From Kudoa neothunni (Eukaryota; Animalia; Cnidaria), in assembly GCA_964304625.1 (NCBI GenBank), contig OZ199840.1:5938584-6002583 (forward strand): a stretch of DNA of 64,000 nt, read 5' to 3'. Position numbers and translations under genes: made by a program. Positions 13,166 to 25,900 of the stretch are shown here, one piece after another; the first letter of the stretch is position 1, and each line of letters opens with the position of its first letter. The notes under the pieces are model-generated. The model searched no databases, was not told where the DNA came from, and saw nothing but the letters and a program-made list of their open reading frames with translations.

Positions 13166-14449
13166 AAAAAAACAATGTGTAAAACAATACAAATCTTGTA
13201 GATGCTAAAATAAGTTTTTGTTGGTTAAACTGAAAACAACTAAGAATAAAACTGAAAATACCTCGCCAATAGATAATTATAGTCACGTTATGTATTAAAA
13301 TGAAATATTAAAAATATATTGACGTTAAGAATTAAGGCGCTAGCTAAAAAATGCATACCACACACATTAGATATATTTAGTTGCAATCAGTACAATTAAA
13401 TTGTGCGAACTTCCAATCTAAAGAAAATCACATATACAAAAATATTCGAAATATATGATAAAGAAAATTGATTATTATTTATAGTAGAAGAAATTTTACA
13501 ATCATACACAAATCATGGGAGAATGCCATTCATAGATTTCCTTATCGTTTGTATACTTTTCGAAACAAATAAAAGATATGTATTTTTTAATACTTTCATT
13601 ATTATTTTTCTAAAGTGTGAGATGAGTTTTCTTATGTGTATTATCATAGATTTTTAATTATCAGCTTTTATTGCATATGAAAAAGCAACAAAAGTCATAT
13701 CTATTTTTATCTTTTACATTTGGGCCAACGCATATAAATAAAATTACAGGAGACTTAATTAAAAACTGAATATTTTAAAGGTATTTGATCTCGCCACTTT
13801 ATAAATAAATAACGGCACCAATAAACTCACAGTTTAATTCATTCGCACGCACGACCAAATTATCCCTTTGCGTATAAAAAGTTTAATACATTTGCAGTTT
13901 TTGATGGAGTAATTTATTCGTAAAACTTTTATTTTTATCCTTGAGTCAATAATGATCCCAAATATATTTAAACCCCCAAGCACTCCGAAATCATCTACAC
14001 ACCACGTCGTTTTTAGGTTCCCATTTACTTTACGTTTTTATTGCGGATTTTTGTTTATAAAATCATATTTGTTCACATCATGTAATGAACAAGAATTCTA
14101 TCGAATGAATACGGAAAAAATCTAAGAATACGGAGACGGGGATATTAGTCGATTGTGTCCGATGGTTAGAAATGTGTTTTCTCTACGTATATATTTGAAA
14201 AAAGTTAGTTTTCACATTTGTAACAATATATAATTAAGTTGATTAATCATAAGAAAACATTTTGAATGGAAAATTATTTGTATAGTTTAAAAAGTAACTC
14301 AATAAACAATACGTAAATTGGTCGTCAATTAATTATTAAAGTTGGCCAGTTTTATTAAGTTTTAGTTTATTAATTGCACAAAACAACTCTTTATTAAAGG
14401 CGGATTTATAAAGAAACACATGCATTATTTACCCCCTAAGTAGATGAAA

Positions 14450-15122
14450 AACCTACACCCTCCACATAAAAATGGTGTAGAAATGTATCCCACGTTTGTA
14501 TTTGATGAAATTATCTTTAATAAAAGTTCGAACTGAGAGACGAAACATGAGGAAAATTCATAATTTGAATTTTGCATAAACGATCGTCAATTATTAAGGT
14601 TGTCTTGCTTGCAAAAGCGCAAAATTACATGTTGACAACGTTACTTTGGAGTATGATCGTATTTGTAGGTTTATTTTTGATTTTTTTATTTAATAAAATA
14701 ACTCGACCAGTTAGAATACTTTATTTTAATTTGTCTTATTATAAATAACGCGACGTAATATTATGAAGAAATGCAAAATGATAGCAAACCATTATTATTT
14801 CATAAAACAGTTATTACATGTGTATTTGAATGCTTGTCAACAATGCACCGTGTAAAATGGTTAAGAGTCATCATAGGTTGAATAAACATTATAAGAGGCA
14901 TCATAATTTGAGGAGCTATGGCTGTATTCAGACAAGGATGACATGTTTATATCGATACGGCACATGCGAATGAGCATCACTTGTATCGTATTTTGATATT
15001 TATTTAATATTTACTCAATATAACCACCCAAAAATTTAATAGATCATAAAATAATTTTTACTTCTATTTTATAAACGAAAATCATTAGGTCTATAGGACC
15101 CCCAAAACAAATTGGTGTAGGT
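14450..15122 (+). mobile_element. Tc1-like transposase remnant
   Basis: 14895-14997 reads GIII*GAMA..QG*HVYID...NE..YRIL, resembling the Tc1 GGSVMVWG...G.L..I.G.MN...Y..IL motif. Weak inverted ends ACCTACACC/GGTGTAGGT. Confidence 0.4.
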
Positions 15123-15884
15123 AAGTATTAGTTTACGCTAGAAACAATTTTTCTACAATTCTTAAACAAATATAAAAATATAATGCATTTCAGAGGTATA
15201 ATAGCATAGCGGTTATTAACCTTTTTCACGTACAGATTAGTAGTAGATGGTCCAGACGTTTGCGTTGGGGTCCAATGAGCCCCACACATGCTTGGAGGGT
15301 TGAAGGTGAAAGTTGTGTACTCAGTCAGTACAGTATACAGTACAACTGTTAATTTCCTTTCCAATAAATAAAAATTACTATAATATTTAAAGCTATGTTG
15401 GAAAAAGTATCAAAAATAGAGCGTCATGGAGACGCAATGTTTTCTTTTGTTCATCCCAAGTTTAAATGCACATTAGGCAAAAAAAAGGTTAATGGCGTAA
15501 TACACACATGAGTTGAGACTTGCTTATATAATTCGATCATTCAGTATGAATATTTGCTGGTTTTTAAATATCCATCTCATTTTAACGATAAAATCAAAAT
15601 CAGAGTTAATATATGTGTCAACCAGTGTGCTGCCAATATAAAAACGTCAAATGCGCATATCAGATGCGCCAATTACTATGTCCGAAATCTCTTACCATCA
15701 CTTCACACGGTACGATACCGTAGAACACAACGTTGTTACTTAATTATATACATATGAATTTTAATAGATTAATAGTTGTTAAAATTGGGTTACGTTGATT
15801 GTTATGGTTGATGAAAAGACAAGAAACATTAATCCAATGACGCATGCCAATTATTAGGACATCGTTGGCTATCGCAGCAGTTCG

Positions 15885-15891
15885 CTCTTTC
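15885..15891 (+). promoter_or_regulatory. TCT (polypyrimidine) initiator / 5'TOP-like start of RPL27A
   Basis: CTCTTTC lies 20 nt upstream of the RPL27A ATG, matching the core-promoter motif typical of animal ribosomal protein genes. Confidence 0.5.
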
Positions 15892-15904
15892 ACGTGTATA
15901 TCAA

Positions 15905-16541
15905 ATGGTAGTTGCTCGGGTTTGTTTTTTTCCTCATTATAATATCTTATGTAGGCTTGTAACGATAAAAAAAGCAGAAAAAGAAGAGGACACGTGAGCT
16001 CTGGCCACGGTAGAATCGGTAATTTGGTGTCCCTTGTTATCAATAGTCATATATGATGATATTTCAACTAGGTAAACACCGTAAGCATCCGGCTGGAAGA
16101 GGTAATGCTGGTGGGCTCACTCATTTGAGGATTCTTTTCGACAAATAGTACCCAAAATGTGTGTAGGAGTTGTGTGAGTTGTTTCTAGTCATCCTGGTTA
16201 TTTTGGTAAATGTGGTATGAGACATTTTCATTACACCAAACAAGCTTATCACCGCCCTGTTGTAAATGTTGATCAATTGTGGTCCCTAATTCCTCAAAAT
16301 ATTGTGAACCAATGCAAAAAATCTAATGATAAATCAATGGCACCAGTTGTCGACGTTACAAAAATGGTAATTATGACATATGAAGTTTCATTTGATCGTT
16401 GTTGTTCAGGGTTTTTTCAAAGTCTGTGGTCGTGGAGATTTCCCTGCCAATAAGCCGCTCGTTGTGAAAGCGAGATATTTCAGTGAACGAGCTGAAGAAA
16501 AAATCAAGGCTGCCGGTGGAACCTGCGTTCTGGTTGCATAA
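15905..16541 (+). CDS. RPL27A: 60S ribosomal protein L27a (uL15), 5 exons
   Basis: Exons 15905-15907, 15955-16018, 16072-16147, 16189-16366 and 16410-16541 (GT-AG introns of 47, 53, 41 and 43 nt) give [62 protein letters not shown]...GFFKVCGRG...[13 protein letters not shown]. Confidence 0.97.
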
Positions 16542-17724
16542 AAGCGGATTTTTGGAAACCGATTATATAGATAGTTTCGTTTCCTTTTAGTGAAATACGG
16601 CTTCTTTTTTTCTGAGCTCCAACTACGTTTGCAATCGGTCACATTGGAATGTATTGTTGCTTTATTCATTCAACTTATTTTCTCATGTGTTAATATCTCG
16701 ATTATGCTTCACTGTATCAGTATCTATCGATTACTAATTTAAATTAGTGTAAAATTAACTAATGCATTAAGGTCTCGATATTGCGAGGTTCGATATAGGG
16801 TGGTTGTTCTTTTTTCTAAACTTATGTATTAAACGTTGTATACAAAAATATGAAAAAGCATTTATTTGCCGTGATTTTGGTGAGATCCAGGGTCTTGCTA
16901 TTGGGCGCTACGTATTTTAAATTTTATTGCGATTCATCGACTAAATTACGCGTTCTAACGTTCGGTATTGTGAGAGATGGAGAAATTTCGATAAAAAATT
17001 GGAATTATTCAATTGAAATTAATGCGAAATGCCAATAAACGACCCTAAGGCGCCATAGAATATCATGTATTCTCTTATTGTGAGTTTTATTCAAAATTGG
17101 ATAGGTTAATCTTTTCTGAATAAATTTTTGTCTCATCAACCTGATATAACAAACTCCGTTGATGCTTCCATTCTTTAATTCTTTAAAGCAGGGATTCTCA
17201 ACCTGGGGTAAATTTTATGTGGCATCAAAATTTGATAAGGGTAATTTTTGCATAGAGGGGTTTGTGAAGTACATAAGGATTTCCAAGGAATTATATTATT
17301 CATGGCTATTCAACTCAATATGAAGTCGACAGAAATGCTTCAAAAGTCGTTAGGAATAAATAATTAACAACTATTTATAAACTATAATCGGTCTCTTCCT
17401 TATATAGCACGTTTATTTTTAAGTGATTTAGCCTTATAATCTACTATCTATCTACTGTGTATCTATCTATTATATAAACAGTTGAACCTGGATATTGCGT
17501 AATTTTTGGGGAATGGGAAAAAATTACACAATACTATGTATTAGGGATTGCGCGTTATGTACAAAAAACAAAATCCGTAGCTATTTTTACTGATTGTATG
17601 ATATTAGCCTTCTTGTGACGAATGAAAACTTTTCATTATTGTTCTTTACGATTTCAACCCATCATTTATGTATATAAATTTTTAAATTCAGTCTCAATAA
17701 AATCAGATAAACTTTAAAATAAAA

Positions 17725-17928
17725 AATGTCGAGCATTCGTTATATTTTTTTCTCACGTCATAATGAAAACGTATTCTTTTAAATTTCAAAATATCAATTT
17801 ACTAATCCAATTTTCAATGGTGTTACGAAGAATTCATTACGTCTAAAGTATTTAAATATATTCTGGACTGCATTCTAATTTGACATGACCCTCCGGCACC
17901 ACAACCCAATCAATTTGCCGGGCCTGCC
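17725..17928 (+). repeat. Dispersed repeat (second copy at 41240-41440), probable hAT terminus
   Basis: About 200 bp of collinear similarity between the two loci. This copy ends GCCGGGCCTG (revcomp CAGGCCCGGC). Confidence 0.6.
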
Positions 17929-18164
17929 TTAGAGGATTAAAAAGAACAAAGCCATCTACTTTAACAAGGGAAAAAAGTTAAATAAATTAATTGCAACTGA
18001 TGAAAGATTAAATGTTTTGAATTTTTTTTTCTTCTCTTCTTGGATAATAATTAGGTCAAATTCGGGCTCTCAATCAAATAAAGATAAGGATAAATAATAA
18101 TTTTTAAATGAAATAGATATATTAGTATTTTTGGGAAACATATCAGATATAAATAGTTGAGCTT

Positions 18165-18813
18165 ATGCAAAATTTTGGACTTTGTATTTTTTTGTTTAAT
18201 TATAAATTTAAAAAATAAATGAGGAAAATAATCATGTGACCCAATCCCGAATGCAAAGTTTTAATTTATACAAGTTTTGAGTGAAAATTGACTCAAATTT
18301 GAATAATAGCAATTTAAAATAATTTAACAAAAAAAACCTAATCACGACGTTAATTAAAGTTTAAATAGAACTTTCCTTATAGTTTACTTGAAAAAATAAA
18401 TAATGCAACTTTTAATAATTCAACTTATTTTAAAATATTTTATAAGTCGTTTATCTCTCCCCCTAAAATTAAATATTTAATTATTTTTGACCTTGTACCA
18501 TTTGAAATTTTAACTAAATAATTTATTTACGAACGAACGAACGAAATAGAAATAAGTTATTATTTTCATTTCATATATTAATAAGTAGAAACTAGTAGAT
18601 TGAAAAAGAATTAATTTTCAGTAACATTTCTCGAATGACCATTTGTTTATCAGACTTATTTCAGCCTCGATTGTGCACGAATCGCAGCAGATATATTTTT
18701 GAGAGAGATTCTGAATAATTAGAATCGGTACATTATGTACGAAGCATGGTTAGCCGTAGAGTTTTTTCGTTGATTCTAGATGTGAATTTCGGACCCCCAA
18801 CTGGGAAGCGTTA
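18165..18813 (+). mobile_element. Partial hAT MITE, same family as 23503-24525
   Basis: About 640 bp collinear with 23865-24525, ending TGGGAAGCGTTA (TIR variant). Confidence 0.75.
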
Positions 18814-19964
18814 ATCATATATTGTTTATGATTAGGCAACCAAATTTGTTGAGGGAATAAATTAATGTGAAAATGAAAATATATTAAATCTGGACGAGAC
18901 CACTTTTTTATGAACGATTCACTCAACGAACATATGCAATAAAGAATGAGTAAAATTAAAAGAAAATTAAACAATCACAGAAGCCCGTCGTCGCCTTCTG
19001 AACAGCATAATTTAAAGCAAAAATTTCTACATAGCGACATTGGTGAATTAAAAGAAATATGTTATTTTAAAGGAATTAATGATTCTCTCGTTAAATACTA
19101 CGATAAGAAACGGTTGGATAGCTCAAACTATCATTTGGATATTTTAAAAAATCTTGATCAAAAGTTCGAGAAAGAAAGGGAAAAGTTTTTATATTGTTAG
19201 ATCGATATTCTTCATATTCCTACTTAAATTGTACAGCAAAAGGGTTCATTTTTTAGTTAAAAAATTTATTCTTGTGGTGCATGAGGGAAACTCGATATTG
19301 GCAGTAAGAGCTCAGGTTCCAATTCGGTACGTAATATCGAGATCTTACTGTATTTATAATGAATTAATAGTGATAAAATTTTTGATTCAAATTTTATTAG
19401 AATCACTTACCGACACTGGGATAAAAACTTAAGAACCGATTCTTTAAAGTATTAGTTTTGATGATATTTTTCAACATTATTACTACTACTACTAATATAA
19501 TTGGCATAGATTCATACGAATATCTTATATAAAATGTGTATCTATCAAATAAGGAAGGATGTAATTTTGCTACCTGACTCTACTACTAGTTCAAGTACAA
19601 ATAATATTAACGCGAATTTTTACGGCATATTAATTTAATAGCACTGAAAAATTGCGCGTAATAAATAATGTTCGGAATGTGTGATTTTCTTTGAGAGATA
19701 TCGAAATTTAAACTGGTTCGAAAACGATTAAAAAGTCTGTGTAGAAACAAATTTATACACTAAGTTACAACATTATTGATTTATTAGATATTTATTTGTT
19801 AATGCGACACTTACTGAATAAAATTTAAGTAATAATAGTGTGCTGGAAGCATGCCAACACATGGAGCAAGAAGAAAGAGTGAGTTGAGATAGATTAGAAC
19901 AAGAAAAAATATCCAATTGGTTCAATAAATAGACTCTACAAATGTGTTCAATCAGTGAAGAGTT

Positions 19965-22900
19965 CTATTCTTGAATGGTATCAATTTGGGGTGTGTTGTC
20001 TTTTCCACCTTTGCCCATATCCTTATATTAAATCAGAGAGAACGAAATTAGATTTATTTGACATCCAATATGCTTACTTGTTTATAGAACTTGTTGATAA
20101 GCTCAATTTCTTTTTCCAGAGCTCTGGCAAGTTCTTTTTCATAGGTGGCATATTGTTCGGTCAGCTAGAACATTAACAATTATAACTAATTTTTTAAAAA
20201 TAGAAAATCTACCCATGACTTTTCGTTATAGAAAAGTTCGAAACAACGTTGAGAAGTTTCGCGTTTCGATCTACCAAAACAGATCAGGATAAAAATGTGC
20301 ACGTATTAACTTATCAAAACTAAACTAGAATAATACTTTTTTTGATCTCCATTGCCAGACGTAGAATTATTCTTTTTTAATCGTTGACTTTCTTTAGCAA
20401 AAAGACATTTCTGTTTTATTGAAAGTTTGTTTAATTCCCTAAAAAATCGTTCCACATTTCATCACTTTAGATGCTAAATAAAACTTTGTTTTAAGTTCAT
20501 TAAAAATTTTTAATCTCTTCTCATTTTTTTTCCTCACGCAATCAATGGCTTCAGCGTAGTCTTCTTTTTGTGTGGAAGCGTCAAAACTCACAATGGCCAC
20601 GTCAGAACCACTTTTCACACTATCCATGCTACTCTACAGAAATTTATGTTTAGAATTCTGTCGAAATGTTTGCGTATGCAGATTACTCCAATAGAATCTC
20701 CCTTTTTCCTAAATAAACAAATACAAATTAAGACATGACAAGTGATATTACGAAGTAAGTCTTCTTTTTAGCCCCTTCATATAGGTTTTGGTTCGTGTAA
20801 GGCCACTTTTTAAGGGTTTCTTCATTCCGATAATAATTATAAATTTTAAGTAAACTCACAAAAGCTTTACCGAATCTTGTCTTTTGATATTGCAACTTTT
20901 TATATATTGTTGGCTCTAGAAAATCAAATATGAAACATTTGAGAAACCATAAGATGAGATGGATTACCCCTAATTGTTTGATTTGAGAAATTAGCAATTT
21001 TATAGATTCCTCGTCGTGCACTACATTCATAATTATCATAACATATTTGATAATCCAAATTTTTACATTCTATCGCTTCAGCCATCGAGGCCAATTCGAT
21101 ATCATAGGTGGTTGCAAAATATTGTATCGACATCGCAGCACTTACAGGAGTTTCAATGGACTTCGAATGAATCTCATCAGATTCGACAAAATTGGATGTG
21201 CCTCCTGGTTTAGATTCACTCAGTTGATTCAATAAAAATTCAGGATTCTCGAGTGAATCAATTAAACCTAATCAAACACAAACCCAATTATTCAGAGATC
21301 CTCCTACGGATGGGTACAAGCAATCAACTGCTCGTTATACCTTGATAACCTTCTGGTATGTGGTTTTCTAATTGAATATAAACAAAAAGGGTGGTGAGAG
21401 GTAGAGGGCGACTAGTTAGATTATCCATAGGAATATGCCTATATCCTACGCAAAGGTGAAACTTAAACTCAGATATGTTCATACCATTTTGAATCGAATC
21501 TAGACAAACACATTTTTGTGCAATAGGAGTTTTGCTACTTTCGTCGTAAATAGCAAAACGTATGATAACCATTTCAGCAAGAACAATCTGAATAATATGG
21601 AAATATAAACATAGAATGTCTGAGGGCTATCGAAAAATAAAAGTACCTTTTTCATTACAAATGGCTCCGAATTATATACTACATTAATATTGGCTGGTTT
21701 GCTGGTGGTTTTGGTTTTGAATGAGTAGGTGTCACAACTGATACCGTAAGTTTCGACCACCACATATGAATTAATTTTTTTATCGTTAATAAATTGCGAT
21801 GATATAACCTAATGTTTGGTATGGGTTATAACAGAAAAGTCACTTAAATAAACTATTTCAATTTCTACTTTTATGGTGAGGTCAACACAAGGCACATTGG
21901 GAACCGCTTCCATAATTGATGGATCAATATCGTTATGAGGGTCTCTCATGATAACTGGCTTTAACAAATAACCGCAATAATTGTTCATGGTGAATTTTGA
22001 GTTATTCAAATGCATAGGTGTGTCCGGAGTTTGAAAATTTAACGCCACCATTTGGCATCCGTAATTCCAAAACATTTGGGGATTGTAATTAGTGGATTCG
22101 TATCTAGAAGCTTTGGGGTAGATTCTAGTGAGTCTCAGTTTGTTATATCTATTAGAATTGTTATCAGTAAGGTAATTGTATTTTGTTATTGTATATGTCA
22201 GATTAACTCCCTAACGCAGCAATTCTCACTTAAATCATTATAACATACCTTCAAGGCCGATTTTCTAAAATTAATTTTGTATACAGTAAACAAAAAAATT
22301 TTTTTTGATAAATAGTCACTCATTAAAAAAATATTGGATAAAATTTAAACTAGACATTATTACCTTTAATTGATCTAACCGAGTTGATACATTAACAAGT
22401 TGTACAGCATAGATATTTCCAAGATAATTTTTATTTTACTCCTAAAATTCGACTGTGGCTAAGTTTATTTTGAATCATAGTATCTATATTATATGTTTAT
22501 CTGCATTATCCCCGTTTTCAAAGTTTTATTTTGGCTACAATTAAATTTAAAATACATATAAAAAATTTTGATTGATATTTAATAATAGGTCAAATAATAA
22601 TTAATAATGATTTTGGAAAGAATTAACCGAATGCTCTCTAGACATCGTCGTATTTTCACTTCTCCTTCAATTACTTGAAAGTTACAAAAGATTGGACACT
22701 TTCTGTAGCATTTTTATCTTACATAAAATATTGTAATGCAGCATTTATTTTTATTGCATCAAAAAATAATATTTGTAAGTTTTAATCAATGCAACTATTG
22801 CCATATTATAAACAACTTCATATAAATAACAATCTAAGCAAGATGATCATTTTCGTAAATTTTGATTTAATAGGTTAAATAACGCTTTACATAATTATGG

Positions 22901-25900
22901 TAAAATAAAAATTTTATATTAACTCAGAATAAATTTCGTAGCTTTAGAAAAACTTTCAAAGCATAATTTACTTTGTCTTTTAAAAAAATCATTTGATCCA
23001 TAGAAAAAAAGAATAAACTACAATTTTAATAAATTTATAATTTTCAAAGAATGTGAATGATAAAATTTAATTATTCCACAGAGAACTCAAAAATGGTAAA
23101 ATGTATTTAGCCAAGTGTAAACTTACGACAATTAAGTTTTATCGCTCGGATTAAACTCCCTAGAATTAAAATAACAATTAATACTCTCATTCCAATAAAC
23201 AACTATTCTATACGGATTTCTTGTATAGTCGAATTAACGAATGATTTTAGTGTATCACCGGGAATTTTAGATTCAAATGACCATCATTCTGAAATCAGCG
23301 AATGTTAATCTCATTACTGAAGTCGTGTAATCTGCTTAATAATTTAAAAATTATAAAATGGATATTTTTAGATGATTCAGTAATTTTAAAAATCATAATA
23401 ATGATTAGAATAATTTCAAAATATCTTAAACTCTTTAAAGCTTGATAAATATCTTCCTATTAGGGGAAAATTAGGTCGCAAGAACTTTATATACATGTAG
23501 GTCAGCGCTTCCCATTCATTTTAGTTCCCGCATTCCATATTACATATGAGGACATTCCCGCACACCTTCCCAAAATAGAGGTTTAAAAATGGATTTGTTT
23601 TTATGTGGGAGAAATATTTTTACCAAAATTATACTAACAAGTAAACATCTGTCTACTTTAAAAAGAAAACAGACGTGAATAAAATAAATACCACCGATAT
23701 GAATTAAATGTTTTCACTTTTTTCTTGTCTTTTGGACAATAGTTAAGTTACAATGAGGCCATTTATCAGTTAATGATATACATAAGTCATAATTTGCAGA
23801 TGCAATAGATATATTCATATTTTAGTGAAAAATATAACGTGCGAATAAAGGCGTTTGCGCCATATTATGGATTTTATAGTTTTTTGGTTGATTATAAATT
23901 AAAAATTAAATAAGGAAAATAAAAATATGACCCCATCTCGAATGAAAAGTTTTAATTTATATAATTTTTGAATGCAAATTGATTCTAATTTGAAGTATTA
24001 TAGTTTAAAATAATTTATCCTCCAAAATAAAAACTTAATTTTTACGCTAATTAAAGTTTGATTATTACTTAACTTACAGTTCACCTAAAAAAAATAATAA
24101 AATTTTTAATAATTTAACTCATAATAAAACATTTAACGAATCACTAAACTTTCCCATTAAAATTTAAATAATTCATAATTTTCTTTGTTGGGATATTTAA
24201 GATTTTAACTAAATAATTTATTTTTGAATAAAAATGGAATAAATTATCATTTTTATCTCACATCCTAACAAATATAAAATAATAGGTTGAAATAAAATTA
24301 ATTTTCAGTAAAATTCATCAAATGATTATTTGTTATCAGATTTATTTTAGCTTCGATTGCGCACAAATCGAACACGATATATTTTCGAGAGAGATTCTGA
24401 TTACCTAAAATCATTACAATATGTACGGAGCATGTGCGGCTGTAAAATTTTCTCTTTGACTCAAGATGTGAGTCTCGGACCTCAGTAACCGTCTCCCAAA
24501 CCCCTAAGGGGTCCGGGAAGCCCTGATGTAGATATACAGTCGAATCTCGATTATCCGGAAGAAATTTTAAATTTTATTTGGATTTTATTGACATTACCGC
24601 GCCGATAAATGTTCGACTATCCGGTAACCGGAAGAATTATTCAATTATATTTCCCGATAAAAGTAACACCCATTACGGTACAACATGTACAATGTAGCAT
24701 ATATAACAATGCGATATTTAAAACAAAAATATTTTTAGGTTATTTATTAATAAATTTTCCTTTTAAAACTTATGTTAAGCATTCAGTTCTTATATAAATT
24801 TGTATTATATCTGAACACATGACTGTATGTATATTAAACAAAAATTAATTATCGATTATTTAAAAAACAGGTTACTCCTCTGTAGATGTATAAAAACTGC
24901 CATAATTATGTGCCGTTTTTCCGTAAAGTCTCCATATTCTTAGTTAACAGACATGTCAACATTTTTAATTTAAGTGTCAGAAATTAAAATATTTTACATA
25001 ATAAATGGTAAAAAATTGTTTATTAGTCAAATAATGAATCCTTTAAGTAGAAATTTTAAAAAACGTAAGCGCACAAGACATTGTTTATGTTCGACTAACC
25101 GGAACCTTGCTATCCGGAAAGAAAATCGCCGGTCCCAAATTTTCCGGATAATCAGGGTTTGACTGTATATAGATTTTTATTAGGTAGAATAATTTTTGAT
25201 ACAAAAAAAAATATTTATATAAAATCTTAATTTATATTAATTTAATGACTATAATCTATTTAGTTTCAATGAATTAACTGTATTACGACTTTTTAGGAAT
25301 AGTAAATGAGATTTAATATTAATATTAAAAACTCATCTTTACATCGGATCTAAATAGTGTATGTCTAATAATAAACTATGACTTTTATCATTTTTATATC
25401 CTAGACTTTTTCAATTTTTGAAATAACCAAAGCGTCCATTGAGTAGCAAACTTGATGATAATCCAGTCATAAATAATATAGAATAGTTATACATAAACTT
25501 TTCTTTTAACGTATGCAGTAAAATTATTAAGGATAGATTTATAAAGTAATAGATAACTTCCTCGAATTATCCATTCAGATAGGTTCTAAAATGCACATGA
25601 TATTGTTAAATCATTAAAAAATGTATTTCATCAGATTAGATTTTTATTGATAGCCAAAATATAAAAAATTAAAAGATGCCAATTTCGGTGAACGTTGGAG
25701 AGTAAAAAAATCGATGAGTAAATGAAAACCATCCACTCACCAACTCAATCAAAAAATGTATAATACATACCTAACCATGTCCACAGAATCCGCTTTGCAA
25801 TAGTTGAAAGCAGTATTTTCACTCAATGATGATACTGTCAGAAAATATTTTATATTGTTGATTTCTTTCAGTGACGATATCATGTGTGTTGGTTTAATGT

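Noticed and set aside
15216-15492. piggyBac-like termini upstream of RPL27A
   Set aside because: There are fragments resembling the 50446-52287 ends, but pairing and boundaries are ambiguous.
15908-16409. snoRNAs in RPL27A introns, as in vertebrates
   Set aside because: The introns are 41-53 nt, too short to hold a snoRNA.
18946-19200. 84-aa intronless ORF
   Set aside because: No recognisable domain, and it sits between transposon fragments. It cannot be supported as a gene.
20439-20465. Apparent 27-nt intron in PLCB
   Set aside because: The downstream frame requires the upstream phase-2 donor, which gives an ordinary 46-nt intron.
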